Counted from the stretch's first letter, positions 29,051-39,368 are shown. The stretch: DNA of 64,000 bases from an uncultured SAR86 cluster bacterium (GCA_902560275.1 CACELJ010000003.1:5585-69584), one strand, 5' to 3'. The notes: generated from the letters alone by a model not told the origin. Numbers and translations: made by a program.

Positions 29051-29312
29051 TTTGGCTTTCCATTCTTAAAAGTTCTGCCTTTTTTTTGATGCCACCTTTA
29101 GCGCTGTAGCCCCCTAAATTGCCATCAGATCTAACTACTCTATGACACGGGACTGTGGGCGCATAAGGGTTCTTGGCACAAGCATTAGCAACTGCTCTAG
29201 CGGATTGAGGATGACCAATTGCAAGAGCAACTTCCTTGTAAGATCTGGTTTCGCCATAAGGAATTTTTTTTAATTCTTTCCAGACTTTCTTTTGAAATGA
29301 TGTACCTACCAT
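29034..29312 (-). CDS. ogt: Minimal O6-alkylguanine-DNA alkyltransferase (catalytic domain only)
   Basis: GTSFQKKVW, IPYGETRSY, ARAVA, PCHRV active site. Confidence 0.85.
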   Translation of the reverse strand: MVGTSFQKKVWKELKKIPYGETRSYKEVALAIGHPQSARAVANACAKNPYAPTVPCHRVVRSDGNLGGYSAKGGIKKKAELLRMESQNVRKR

Positions 29313-29322
29313 AAACTCTAGC

Positions 29323-29760
29323 TTAGCTTTTTTTTGCCTTGCCGCTTATATAATCCCTCAGCATCTCATATTCTTTGCATGAGTTTGGGCAGAGAGACAG
29401 CAATTTATCTAAATTTTCTTTAGCTTTTTCCATTTCACCGATTTGAGCAAAGAACTCTCCTTGGTATTCCAAAGCAGTTTTATTGTTTTCATCAATAGCT
29501 ATTGCCTTTTCATAAAATTTCTTTGCTTTATCAAACTCACTTATTTTTCTATTTGAAAAGGCCAATAAGGTCCATCCGTCTGAGTCCTTTGGCTTTTTTT
29601 TGGTGTATTTTGTGAGTTTTTTTATTGCACTCTCGAATTGTTCTTTTTTTACTAGTTCCACTGCTTCTTTATAAAGTTTCGAAGCAGAAGGCTTGTTGTA
29701 ACTTGCAGCAAAAATACTTTGCGTTGTTATAAAAATAATTATTAAAAATATGTTTCTCAT
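29323..29760 (-). CDS. Secreted tetratricopeptide repeat protein
   Basis: Signal peptide, TPR-like helices, ALEYQGE, C-terminal CPxxC. Confidence 0.85.
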   Translation of the reverse strand: MRNIFLIIIFITTQSIFAASYNKPSASKLYKEAVELVKKEQFESAIKKLTKYTKKKPKDSDGWTLLAFSNRKISEFDKAKKFYEKAIAIDENNKTALEYQGEFFAQIGEMEKAKENLDKLLSLCPNSCKEYEMLRDYISGKAKKS

Positions 29761-29838
29761 AACTTTAATTTACCACTTTATTTGAATATATATTTTTATA
29801 TGAATATAAATGGATTAAGGATATAAGATTCATTTCCC

Positions 29839-31266
29839 ATGAAAGATGTTGTATTGATTCATCGAAATGTAAGGATGTTTGACAATCCTGCTTTATTCCA
29901 TGGATCTAAGAATCAAGATTATGGAGTTGTTTATCTTTACGATCAAAACTATTGGCAAGCAAATGGTAAATCGAAAATTCAATTAAATTTTCTTTTCGAT
30001 TGCTTGAAAGATTTGGATCAAAAGCTTAAAGAAAAAAATTCTCAAATTTATGTGTTTTCAGGAAATTATCTTGACCTCCAAAAATGGATTGAAACTCATT
30101 TTTCAGAATCAATGATTCATGCTAACCATTGCACTGATGTTGGTTATTTCAGAGATGACTTCAATGGTTTTCGAGATCATTTTTTAAAAAAAGAGAAGAT
30201 TAAGCTCTATTCAGATTTTGGAATTCAAGTTAAGGCCCCTAATAGAGATAAATGGGCAAAAGATTGGGAAGATCAAATGAGTAAGCCTTTACTTAAAGAA
30301 CCTTATACAAACCAAAATATAAACAAGATAGATAAGCCCTTAAAACCATTAAATTTATTTTTAAAAGATCGTCAATTTCAAAAGAAAAAAAACTTGTCTT
30401 TTCAATCAGGAGGCTCTGATCATGCTTACATCTTGTTAGATAGCTTCTTAAAGGAAAGATGCGCTGGATACAGTTTTAAGATGTCATCACCGCATGAGGC
30501 CGAGCATTCATGTTCAAGGCTTTCCCCGCATATTGCGTTCGGCTCTGTTTCCATCAGAGAGATTTATCAAAAACTTCTCAGGGAGTTAGAAATAAGCGGA
30601 TACAAAAAAGACTTAAATTCATTTAAAAAAAGGCTTTACTGGCACTGCCATTTTATCCAAAAGCTTGAAACTGAACCTGAGCTTGAGTTTAACTCCATGC
30701 ATCCTATGGCAGATGAGTTAAGACAGGACACAAATAATGAGCTTATAGAAAAATGGATTTTGGGAGAGACAGGTTTTCCATTTCTTGATGCGTGCATTCA
30801 GTATTTGAGAAACGGAGGATGGATCAATTTTAGAATGAGAGCCATGATTATGTCTTTTGCTTCATATAACTTGTGGCAGCCTTGGCAAAAAACATCACCT
30901 CTCCTCGCAGAGTTGTTTGTAGATTACGAGCCAGGTATTCATATTTGCCAAGTTCAAATGCAAAGCGGAGTCACCGGCATAAACCTACCTAGAATTTATT
31001 CAGTTCTTAAGCAGAGTAAAGATCAAGATCCAAATGCAGACTGGATAAAAGCACAAATACCAAAAATTTCTAACATGTGTATAGACAAAATTCACAATGC
31101 GGAATTAAGTGATCTATATTTTGAGAAATTAGTTGATCCAGTTCTCTCAGCGAAAAAAGCTCGAGAGACAATTTGGGCATCAAGATCAAACATTGAATTT
31201 AAAAAAATTGCCAAAGATGTTTACTTAAAGCACGGCAGCAGAAAAAGACAGAACGCAAGATTTTAA
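29839..31266 (+). CDS. Cryptochrome/photolyase family protein (full-length)
   Basis: RNVRMFDNPAL, CSRLSPHIAFG, YWHCHFIQK, TGFPFLDAC, NFRMRAM, DYEPGIH. Confidence 0.92.
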   Translation: MKDVVLIHRNVRMFDNPALFHGSKNQDYGVVYLYDQNYWQANGKSKIQLNFLFDCLKDLDQKLKEKNSQIYVFSGNYLDLQKWIETHFSESMIHANHCTDVGYFRDDFNGFRDHFLKKEKIKLYSDFGIQVKAPNRDKWAKDWEDQMSKPLLKEPYTNQNINKIDKPLKPLNLFLKDRQFQKKKNLSFQSGGSDHAYILLDSFLKERCAGYSFKMSSPHEAEHSCSRLSPHIAFGSVSIREIYQKLLRELEISGYKKDLNSFKKRLYWHCHFIQKLETEPELEFNSMHPMADELRQDTNNELIEKWILGETGFPFLDACIQYLRNGGWINFRMRAMIMSFASYNLWQPWQKTSPLLAELFVDYEPGIHICQVQMQSGVTGINLPRIYSVLKQSKDQDPNADWIKAQIPKISNMCIDKIHNAELSDLYFEKLVDPVLSAKKARETIWASRSNIEFKKIAKDVYLKHGSRKRQNARF

Positions 31267-31304
31267 CTTGTTCAGTACCCTCAACTAATTTAATCTTAAG
31301 AAAG

Positions 31305-32279
31305 ATGAAAGTAGTTATCTCAGAAGATACCAATAAGTTCTACGGGGATCAGATTAAAGCGTTGGATCCTTCAATAGAGATTTTTTCACTAAATCCCGAA
31401 AATCCTAAAAATCCGTCTTGGGCAGAAGTCCCAGAATGTGATGCATTCTTTTTGTCTTATCAATTTTTATTTGCCGTAAGAGATCACGAAGAACTATTTG
31501 AGCCAATGTTGGATTTGTGTAAGAAAATGAAATTTATTCAGAGTGGTTATGCAGGAATGGATGCGCCTTTTTTGCAGGCTGTTTTAAAAGAATCTCAAGC
31601 CGTAATAGCAAATGCTAGTAGCATTTATGGAAAGCCTATGTCTCATTATGTCTTGGCTCAAATGCTCCGATGGAATAAAAGAATTGATGAGCATGCAATT
31701 ATGCAAAAAGAAAAAGAATGGATGCCAAATGGTGGGGACGGTGAGTTGACAGATAAAACCTTAGTCATTCTTGGCTACGGGGGAATTGGCAAGGAAGTGG
31801 CTAAGCTAGGCAAGACATTTAATATGAGAGTTACGGGCATAAGAAGAAACCCTGAAGAATGCGATTATGCAGATGAAGTTTTGAGTATAGATGCTTTAGA
31901 GGGGCTGTTACCTCTTACAGATTTTCTGGTTATGGTTTTGCCAGATAGTGAAAGTACCAGAGATATCGTGGATGCAAATTTTTTAAAAAAAATGAACTCT
32001 TCTTCAATGTTGATCAACGTAGGCCGAGGTAGTGCGATCGTTGAAGACGATCTAGCTGATGCCCTGAACAATGGAATCATTGCAGCAGCCGCACTCGATA
32101 CTACTAAAAACGAACCTCTTGAAAAAGAATCTAAATTATGGGGTGCAAAAAATTGTTTCATTACTCCGCACGACTCAGCGCACTCTCTGATGTCCTTGCC
32201 AAGATCATTTAATTTATTTTTAGAAAATCTTTCTAACTTAAGAGATAGCCAACCAATTAAGAATCTTTGGGAAGCCTAG
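31305..32279 (+). CDS. D-2-hydroxyacid dehydrogenase family protein
   Basis: GYGGIG, INVGRG, EPL, TPH. Confidence 0.9.
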   Translation: MKVVISEDTNKFYGDQIKALDPSIEIFSLNPENPKNPSWAEVPECDAFFLSYQFLFAVRDHEELFEPMLDLCKKMKFIQSGYAGMDAPFLQAVLKESQAVIANASSIYGKPMSHYVLAQMLRWNKRIDEHAIMQKEKEWMPNGGDGELTDKTLVILGYGGIGKEVAKLGKTFNMRVTGIRRNPEECDYADEVLSIDALEGLLPLTDFLVMVLPDSESTRDIVDANFLKKMNSSSMLINVGRGSAIVEDDLADALNNGIIAAAALDTTKNEPLEKESKLWGAKNCFITPHDSAHSLMSLPRSFNLFLENLSNLRDSQPIKNLWEA

Positions 32280-32833
32280 CCAGCTTGCTTCCAAAACTTC
32301 AGCATTTTTACAGTTGTTTTATCCTTAGCTATAAAGTGATGATAGATGGATGCCAGTATGTGGACAAAAATTAAAAAAATCACCGCATTGGTTGAAAATT
32401 CATGAACTCCTCGAATTAATTGAAAAGCTTCTTGGGAGTCTGTTTCAGAAGATAGGTTTAAAGATCCAAAAACAACGATGGGGTCTGAGGTGAAATAAGC
32501 TGAAGCAATTCCGGTGAAAATGAGCAAAGTAATGAAGAAATATAAACCGTAGTGTCCAATTTTTGCTGAAAATTTTTGCCAATTAGGCATAGTATTTGGA
32601 AGCGCCGGTGCACCGTACATATATCTTAGAATGATCCTTAAGATAAATAAAACTGTAACAAAAATTCCCACAGTAGCGTGATCAACTCTAGATTCGAGCC
32701 TATCCCAAAGCTCCATTTCTCCACCAAACTTTTGGGCAATATTCAAATCTAAGATAATTAGGAATGCCATCAGCCAATGAATCACTTTTTGAGAAATTAA
32801 ATAATCTGATCTTGATAAAGAAATTTTATTCAA
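32276..32833 (-). CDS. Cytochrome b561 family protein
   Basis: 4 TM with IHW, H, H, VHILA..YHH heme-ligand pattern. Confidence 0.88.
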   Translation of the reverse strand: MNKISLSRSDYLISQKVIHWLMAFLIILDLNIAQKFGGEMELWDRLESRVDHATVGIFVTVLFILRIILRYMYGAPALPNTMPNWQKFSAKIGHYGLYFFITLLIFTGIASAYFTSDPIVVFGSLNLSSETDSQEAFQLIRGVHEFSTNAVIFLIFVHILASIYHHFIAKDKTTVKMLKFWKQAG

Positions 32834-32836
32834 TCT

Positions 32837-34375
32837 TCACCAAAATCTTTTTTTAACTAGATTTCTCTGAATTTTCCCTGTGGGCAAGCGGGGTAATTCT
32901 TCTGTCCAAAATTCGTATGTTTTTGGTTTTTTAAATCCTGAAAGTTTTTCTTCGGCAAGCTTAACTAATTCTTTTCTTACTACATCTTCATCCGAACCCG
33001 ATTCTAAATTAATGACAGCCTTGACTTCCTCTCCCCACTCTTCATTGGGCACCCCAATGCAGCAAACTTCAGCCACGCTCTGGTGGGCCAAAAGTACATC
33101 ATCTATTTCTTGGGGATAAATATTGGTGCCTCCAGAAATGATCGTATCCGCACTTCTGCCGGTTAAAAAATAGTATCCATCTGAATCGCGATAACCTATA
33201 TCACCCATCGTGAAGTAATCTCCTCTATAAGCTCCGGATGTTTTTTCTTTTGCTTTGTAATACTCAAATCTTCCCGTTTCAGGCGCTTTAAAATAGATAG
33301 TTCCTTCCATCCCCTCTTTTACTTCCTGATCTTCTTCATCAAGAATCTTTACTTCAACGCCTTCGTTAGCCTTACCAACGCTTCCTGGTTTTGATAACCA
33401 TTCTTTAGAATCTATAAAGCAGCCACCTCCTTCGGTGGCAGCGTAGTACTCGAAGACTATAGGACCAAACCACTCGATGATTGCTCTCTTCACTTCTACC
33501 GGGCAAGGCGCTGCACCATGCAAAATCCATTTCATCGAAGATAAGTCATAAGAGCTTCTAACCTCCTCTGGCAATCTAAGAATTCTGTGAAACATAGTTG
33601 CAACCATGTGGGTGTGAGTACATTTATATTTGTCAATGAGATGAAGCATTTTTTCTGCATCCCATTTATCCATCAAATAAACTCCAACTCCAGCCATCAA
33701 TGAAATACTTATATTCAAGCCCAAAGGAGCAGCGTGATATGCAGGTCCCGGACATATGCTGAAATCAGTTTCAGGATTGAAATTAGCTGACTCTGAAGTT
33801 AGCTTTTCTGTCATTGAAAGCGGAGGATTTTCTTTTCTAAAAACTCCTTTGGGCCTGCCAGTAGTTCCTGAGGTATACAACATCGATTTGCCAGCCATAG
33901 GATTTTCTATATTGGCATCATCCTCGGAAGCTATTGCATCATCATACAAAGAAGCGTCATTTGCTTTACCGCCGGCAGATAAAATTATGACTTCAGGTAA
34001 TTTTGCTTTTATCTCTGAAATGGTTTCTTGCAAAATAAAATCGCAAACAACTGCTTTTGCTTCACAATTCTCTACTATATATGTCACTTCGTCAGGAGTT
34101 AGATGCCAGTTGATGGGCGTAATTCGGAGCCCTATCCTTAACGGTCCGTATAAAGCTTCTAGAAATTCTGGTCTGTTTTTACAGACTATGGCTACAGCAT
34201 CACCATGCCGCAGTCCTTGCTTGAGCAAAAAATTAGCGTATTTATTGGAATTTGCATTAAGCTCATGAAAAGTTCTGTCTCCATGTTCGCTAATGACGGC
34301 TTTTTTAGTTGGGAGCATCTTCGCATGGAAAGCTATCCCCATTCCTGCAGAGATATATTCTTCCAAAGTCTGCAT
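32837..34375 (-). CDS. Acyl-CoA synthetase (AMP-binding)
   Basis: YTSGTTGRPKG, YYAATE, TMGDIG, ISGGTNIYPQE, TGKI. Confidence 0.92.
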   Translation of the reverse strand: MQTLEEYISAGMGIAFHAKMLPTKKAVISEHGDRTFHELNANSNKYANFLLKQGLRHGDAVAIVCKNRPEFLEALYGPLRIGLRITPINWHLTPDEVTYIVENCEAKAVVCDFILQETISEIKAKLPEVIILSAGGKANDASLYDDAIASEDDANIENPMAGKSMLYTSGTTGRPKGVFRKENPPLSMTEKLTSESANFNPETDFSICPGPAYHAAPLGLNISISLMAGVGVYLMDKWDAEKMLHLIDKYKCTHTHMVATMFHRILRLPEEVRSSYDLSSMKWILHGAAPCPVEVKRAIIEWFGPIVFEYYAATEGGGCFIDSKEWLSKPGSVGKANEGVEVKILDEEDQEVKEGMEGTIYFKAPETGRFEYYKAKEKTSGAYRGDYFTMGDIGYRDSDGYYFLTGRSADTIISGGTNIYPQEIDDVLLAHQSVAEVCCIGVPNEEWGEEVKAVINLESGSDEDVVRKELVKLAEEKLSGFKKPKTYEFWTEELPRLPTGKIQRNLVKKRFW

Positions 34376-34376
34376 C

Positions 34377-35369
34377 TTAGGCTATCAGCTCTTTTTGATA
34401 GTCACTTAAGTTAGGCTTCTTAGGCCACTTGTATCGATCTCTATTTTCAGCTTCTAGAATAATGGGAAATTCATCAGCGTTTCGAAAATCGTTCGTCCAA
34501 TTGGTAGTAGAAACAAGGTTTTCTGCCGCATGAATTCTCTTTTCTAAAATTTCCTTGCTGGATAATTCTTTTGGCATCATGCAAATCAAAGATGCCGCTC
34601 TTATGAGGTCGTTTGTTCCTTCAGGAAGTGAGCTACCGGAACTGCTGCAATGAATAGTCCTTGAATCCCATAACAGCATATCTCCAGGCTCCATATGCGC
34701 CATGACAGCTGGCTCAGAAGATAATTTTGGGTCGTCGTGAGGAAATCTAAAATGATCAATATCTAAAGGCAAGCGCTCTACTCTTTCTTTATATTCTTCT
34801 GGGATATCTTTAAAAAAATTATGCGACTTTGGAATTACCACGTTACCGCCTATTTCTTTAGAAGTAGGCAGAAGATTAATTAAACCTTGAATGCATTGTT
34901 TGCCCGGCTTAGATATAGGATGCTGATCAATGTGAAACCATGCTTGGCCGCTTTGTGTTTTCCAAGACGGATCAATATTCCAAGGCCTCCATAAAGAGAC
35001 TCCATCGAAACTTGTTAATAAGTCATCGGTTTCCCAAACTTTGGCAAATGCTTTTTTTACATTGGGAACACCTCTCACAAACCACTGGGCCTCAGAATGA
35101 CCTATTCCGTAGCTGGGGATGATGCCGCCATGAGCGCAAGTTGGCCATTTATCGTCTGACCAAGTCAAAGGGTTTGTTCTATCTATTCCTGTTCCAAGAT
35201 TTTCAAGATAATCCCAAAGTAAATCCAAGGTTTTACTTGCTTCATTTGCGGTTAAGGCATTCTTAATAATCACATAGCCTTCACTCTCTAGATAATCGAT
35301 GCTTTCATCAGATCCTGAGTCAAATCTTGGTACGTGCTTATATTCTATTTTTATGTTGAAATCATTCAC
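34377..35369 (-). CDS. Phytanoyl-CoA dioxygenase (PhyH) family protein
   Basis: EGYVII, HIDQ, PKSH, GDMLLWDSRTIH. Confidence 0.88.
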   Translation of the reverse strand: MNDFNIKIEYKHVPRFDSGSDESIDYLESEGYVIIKNALTANEASKTLDLLWDYLENLGTGIDRTNPLTWSDDKWPTCAHGGIIPSYGIGHSEAQWFVRGVPNVKKAFAKVWETDDLLTSFDGVSLWRPWNIDPSWKTQSGQAWFHIDQHPISKPGKQCIQGLINLLPTSKEIGGNVVIPKSHNFFKDIPEEYKERVERLPLDIDHFRFPHDDPKLSSEPAVMAHMEPGDMLLWDSRTIHCSSSGSSLPEGTNDLIRAASLICMMPKELSSKEILEKRIHAAENLVSTTNWTNDFRNADEFPIILEAENRDRYKWPKKPNLSDYQKELIA

Positions 35370-35500
35370 AAATGAACCCCCGTAAGATGAATAGGTTAAG
35401 GAATTTAAGCAAAATTTACAATTACATTTTTCATTTGAAAGGTATCCGGTGTGTGTCCTTTTCCCATAAAATGCCCTTTATTTAAAGGACTTATTAAAAA

Positions 35501-36604
35501 ATGAAAGTAAATCTAATAGGATTGAATCAGAAGGAGCTGGAAAAGTTTTTCCTTTCTTTAGGAGAAAAATCCTTTCGTTCTAAGCAAGTTTATCAATGGA
35601 TTCATCAAAAAGGTGTTTCTGATTTCCATGCTATGACAAATATTTCCAAGGAACTTCAAGAGAAACTCAGCGAAAATGCTGAAATATCAGCGCCAAAGGT
35701 AGTTTTGGAAAAGGATTCCAAAGATGGGACAAGAAAATGGGTGTTAAGTGTCGGCGAAGGTGATCTTGTTGAGATGGTGCTTATTCCTGAAGGTAAAAGA
35801 GCAACGCTTTGTATATCTTCACAGGTCGGGTGTGCGGTTGATTGCAGTTTTTGTGCTACCGGCAAACAGGGCTTTTCTAGAAACTTAGAATTATCTGAGA
35901 TCATTGGCCAACTTTGGGTTGCCGAAAATTCTTTTGGCGTCCCGCGCGATCATGCTAATAAAAAAGTGACTAATGTTGTGATGATGGGAATGGGAGAACC
36001 TCTATTGAATTTTGAAGCGGTAACCGGCGCTATGAGCATGATGATGGATGATAAAGCCTATGGCCTGTCAAAAAGAAAAGTTACCCTTAGCACTTCGGGC
36101 TTAGTTCCTTTAATTGATAAGTTGTCTGAAGTAACGGATGCTGCGCTGACAATTTCTTTGCATGCTCCAAACGATCAGTTGAGAAATGATTTAGTTCCCA
36201 TTAATAAAAAATATCCCATAAAGAAACTTTTGGAATCTGTGATTAGGTATGTGGAGAAATGCGGCGACAGTAGAAAAACAACAATTGAATATATATTAAT
36301 AGATAAGGTGAATGATTCTATAGAGAATGCATATGAACTTTGCAAATTGTTAAAAATGCTACCTTGTAAGATTAATTTGATTCCATTTAATCCCTTCCCG
36401 GGATCTTCTTATAAAAGGCCTTCAAGTATGCGTATTCAAACTTTTAAGAAAATACTTCAAAAAGAAGGTTACATAACGACCATCAGAACAACCAGAGGGG
36501 AAGATATCATGGCGGCTTGTGGACAATTGGTTGGCCAAGTCAACGACAAAACTAGAAAGAAAGAAAGATTGCAAAAAAGAATTGAAGTGCAAACTATAAG
36601 TTAA
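35501..36604 (+). CDS. rlmN: 23S rRNA/tRNA m2A methyltransferase
   Basis: CAVDCSFC radical SAM motif, MGMGEP, SLHAP, AACGQL. Confidence 0.96.
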   Translation: MKVNLIGLNQKELEKFFLSLGEKSFRSKQVYQWIHQKGVSDFHAMTNISKELQEKLSENAEISAPKVVLEKDSKDGTRKWVLSVGEGDLVEMVLIPEGKRATLCISSQVGCAVDCSFCATGKQGFSRNLELSEIIGQLWVAENSFGVPRDHANKKVTNVVMMGMGEPLLNFEAVTGAMSMMMDDKAYGLSKRKVTLSTSGLVPLIDKLSEVTDAALTISLHAPNDQLRNDLVPINKKYPIKKLLESVIRYVEKCGDSRKTTIEYILIDKVNDSIENAYELCKLLKMLPCKINLIPFNPFPGSSYKRPSSMRIQTFKKILQKEGYITTIRTTRGEDIMAACGQLVGQVNDKTRKKERLQKRIEVQTIS

Positions 36605-36613
36605 TAGAGGAAG

Positions 36614-36630
36614 CCTAAATTAGATTTAGG
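36614..36630. terminator. Weak hairpin between convergent genes, possible terminator
   Basis: CCTAAAT-TAG-ATTTAGG inverted repeat. Confidence 0.3.
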
Positions 36631-37408
36631 ATTTTGGCTTTCTGAACAACAAAGTCATCCTGTCGCTCTCTCCGATAGCTAAATATTTTTCCTTATCCTT
36701 TTCCTTAAGCCTAAGAACTGGGGGCAAAGTCCAAACTCCCCTGGGATGATCAGCTGAATCTTTAGGATTTGCATTAATTTCAGATTTTGATACCAGCTCA
36801 AATCCGTGCTTTTTAGCAACTGTTATTGCGTGTTCCTCAGTTACATAGCCACTTTTCTTCATATTTTCTATTGAAGTACCTGGTTTAGCTCTGTGCTCAA
36901 CCACGCCAAACAATCCCCCAGGCTTCAAAGCTGTGAATGTATTTGAAAAAATATCGTCCAAATTCGGGCCCAACCAATTATGCAAATTTCTGAATGTAAG
37001 AGCGGCATCAACAGAATTCTGCTCTGCCAGCTCTGAATTTAAGTCCACTATCTCAACTTTTTCATAGAGATCATTTTCTTCAATTTTCTTTTCAAAGTTC
37101 AATCTCATTTTTCTAAAAAAATCTCTATCTGAATCTCTGCTCCAATGTGCAGCAATCAGAGAACCAGATTCGCGAACAAAGTTTGCTAGTATTTCTGTGT
37201 ACCAGCCACCTCCTGGCGAAAGTTCAATAATTGTCATGTTTGGCTCTAACTGAAAAAAACTTAGCGTTTCATAAGGATTTCTAAACTCATCTCTTGCAGT
37301 ATTTTTTGCTAGCCTCTCATCGCTATCAACTGCCATTTTCAATTCATCTGCATGAAGAAAGCTTGTCAAAAAACAAATTGTAAAAATAAAGATGATTTTG
37401 TAATTCAT
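36626..37408 (-). CDS. Secreted class I SAM-dependent methyltransferase-like protein (COG4798 type)
   Basis: Signal peptide, ELSPGGGWYT, FRNLHNW, LKPGG, GESDRMTL. Confidence 0.88.
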   Translation of the reverse strand: MNYKIIFIFTICFLTSFLHADELKMAVDSDERLAKNTARDEFRNPYETLSFFQLEPNMTIIELSPGGGWYTEILANFVRESGSLIAAHWSRDSDRDFFRKMRLNFEKKIEENDLYEKVEIVDLNSELAEQNSVDAALTFRNLHNWLGPNLDDIFSNTFTALKPGGLFGVVEHRAKPGTSIENMKKSGYVTEEHAITVAKKHGFELVSKSEINANPKDSADHPRGVWTLPPVLRLKEKDKEKYLAIGESDRMTLLFRKPKS

Positions 37409-37472
37409 GTTTGCTCCGAAAAAGTATTCTTAAGTTTAATATTAACTTTGTCTAAGGTACATTAAGAATGGA

Positions 37473-38069
37473 ATGAATAAAAAGTTAGAATATTTCCTTG
37501 ATTGTAGCAGCCCATGGACTTACCTCTCTTTTCAAGGAATCAAAGATTTATCTAAGAAGAAAAGCTTTGAGATTGTATGGAAACCAATTTTGGTCGGTGG
37601 AGTCTTTAATAAAATTAATCCTAGTGTCTACGAGGGCAGAAAGAATCCTATTAAAGAGAAATTGGCCTACTCACAAAAAGACATGGAAGATTGGTCCAAG
37701 TTAAGAGGCTTAGAAATTATAATGCCAGAAATTTTCCCAGTTAATAGCGTTAAAGCTATGAGAGGAGCCTTTTATTTTCATGAAAAAGGAAACATTGAAG
37801 ATTATTTAGATGCAGTTTTTTATGCTTATTGGACAGAAGGGAAAGATATCTCCGATGATGGTGTTTTACAAAGTATCATTGAAAAATTAAAAGTAAATCC
37901 TGATGCTTTTTTTGAATACATTGGCACACAAGAAGTGAAAGAAAAATTAATTAGTAATACTCAAGAATTGATGGATAGAGGAGGCTTTGGTTCGCCTACT
38001 TTTTTCATAGATGAAACCGACATGTACTTTGGAAACGATAGGATTCAGCTTATTGAGGAAAAATTATGA
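37473..38069 (+). CDS. 2-hydroxychromene-2-carboxylate isomerase / kappa-GST family
   Basis: DCSSPWTY, GGFGSPTF, FGNDR. Confidence 0.9.
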   Translation: MNKKLEYFLDCSSPWTYLSFQGIKDLSKKKSFEIVWKPILVGGVFNKINPSVYEGRKNPIKEKLAYSQKDMEDWSKLRGLEIIMPEIFPVNSVKAMRGAFYFHEKGNIEDYLDAVFYAYWTEGKDISDDGVLQSIIEKLKVNPDAFFEYIGTQEVKEKLISNTQELMDRGGFGSPTFFIDETDMYFGNDRIQLIEEKL

Positions 38070-39367
38070 GAACAAGAATTATTATTGCAGTTATCTCTTT
38101 AGCAATTGGATTATTTGCGGGAGCAAAGATAATGGAGCATTTAGGAAGAGAATACATAGTAAATAATTTTCCCATACCGTCTGGAACCCTAGATGACAAA
38201 GATGCCTATATAAAAAAAATTGATATTGGTTTAGAGGTTCCTGAGAAGAAATTAAAAAAGGTTAAAGAAAAGGCTAAAAACATCATCCTCTTCATTGGAG
38301 ACGGCATGAGCATGAGTCAGGTTACTGCATTGAGATTAAGTCAAGGAGGCCCTAACTCAAGAGTAGCTGTTGACGAATTCCCCTATTCTGGAAAAGTTCT
38401 TACGCATTCAGCAAATGCAATTGTTACTGATTCTGCTTCTTCAGGGACTGCGTTTAGTACAGGAATAAAAACCAATAATAGGGCTTTAGGTGTTGATGTT
38501 AGTGGAAATCCAGTTGAAAACATAACTGAAATATTAGACAAATCTGGCTTTGTAAGTTCTGTAATTTCAACCTCAGAAGTCACCCACGCTACACCGGCTG
38601 CTTTCGTTGCACATGTAAGCTCAAGATATCTTTCTGATGAGATCAGTATCCAAATGAGTGATTCCAACATAAAAAATATCCTTGGGGGAGGAAGGAAGTT
38701 TTTTATGACAGAGGAAGATGGTGGCATTCGTGAAGATGGTATTGATTTGATTGAAAAAGTTAAAGCCAACTCAAAGCTAATAACACATAAGGATGAGCTT
38801 GAGGATATAGCTCGATATGGAAGCGAACAAGTCTTTGGTCTCTTTGCAGATGAGCACTTGAGAGATACCAATACTCCAGAAAATCATATTACCGAACCAT
38901 CCATAAAAGAGATGCTTGAGTTCACAATTAATAGATCAAAAAACTTTATCAAGAACGGATGTAACGGCTTTTTTGTGATGGCTGAAGCTTCGCAGATCGA
39001 TTGGGCAGGTCATGGAAACGATTATGAATATTTAATGAGAGAGATGCTTGATTTAGAAGAAGGAATTAAATGGGCTTTGGAATTTGCTAAAAAAAATGAC
39101 GATACGTTGGTAATTGTTACGGCGGATCATGAGACTGGAGGGCTATTAATAGAACCTAACGATCCTAGAAAGTATGAAAATCTAGATGTGAAATTTTCCT
39201 TCAACACGGGAATTGGCAGAGGTTCTCATACCGGTGTTCCCGTCCCAATATTTGCTATGGGCCCTGGGAGCGAAAATTTCACCGGAACTTTAGATAACAC
39301 AGATGTGCATAAAGCCCTTCTGGAAGCCGCTTATCAAGATAACTCTGGATCCTGCGTCAGTAACTAA
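38066..39367 (+). CDS. phoA: Alkaline phosphatase (PhoA family)
   Basis: IGDGM, TDSAS catalytic Ser, THATPA, IDWAGH, TADHETGG, HT. Confidence 0.92.
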   Translation: MRTRIIIAVISLAIGLFAGAKIMEHLGREYIVNNFPIPSGTLDDKDAYIKKIDIGLEVPEKKLKKVKEKAKNIILFIGDGMSMSQVTALRLSQGGPNSRVAVDEFPYSGKVLTHSANAIVTDSASSGTAFSTGIKTNNRALGVDVSGNPVENITEILDKSGFVSSVISTSEVTHATPAAFVAHVSSRYLSDEISIQMSDSNIKNILGGGRKFFMTEEDGGIREDGIDLIEKVKANSKLITHKDELEDIARYGSEQVFGLFADEHLRDTNTPENHITEPSIKEMLEFTINRSKNFIKNGCNGFFVMAEASQIDWAGHGNDYEYLMREMLDLEEGIKWALEFAKKNDDTLVIVTADHETGGLLIEPNDPRKYENLDVKFSFNTGIGRGSHTGVPVPIFAMGPGSENFTGTLDNTDVHKALLEAAYQDNSGSCVSN

Positions 39368-39368
39368 A

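Noticed and set aside
35437-35490. Alternative pairings (GAAAGG/GTCCTTT/AAAGGAC) upstream of rlmN as a riboswitch
   Set aside because: More simply a promoter (TAAAAT plus GCCC discriminator at 35467-76), so most pairing bases may be untranscribed
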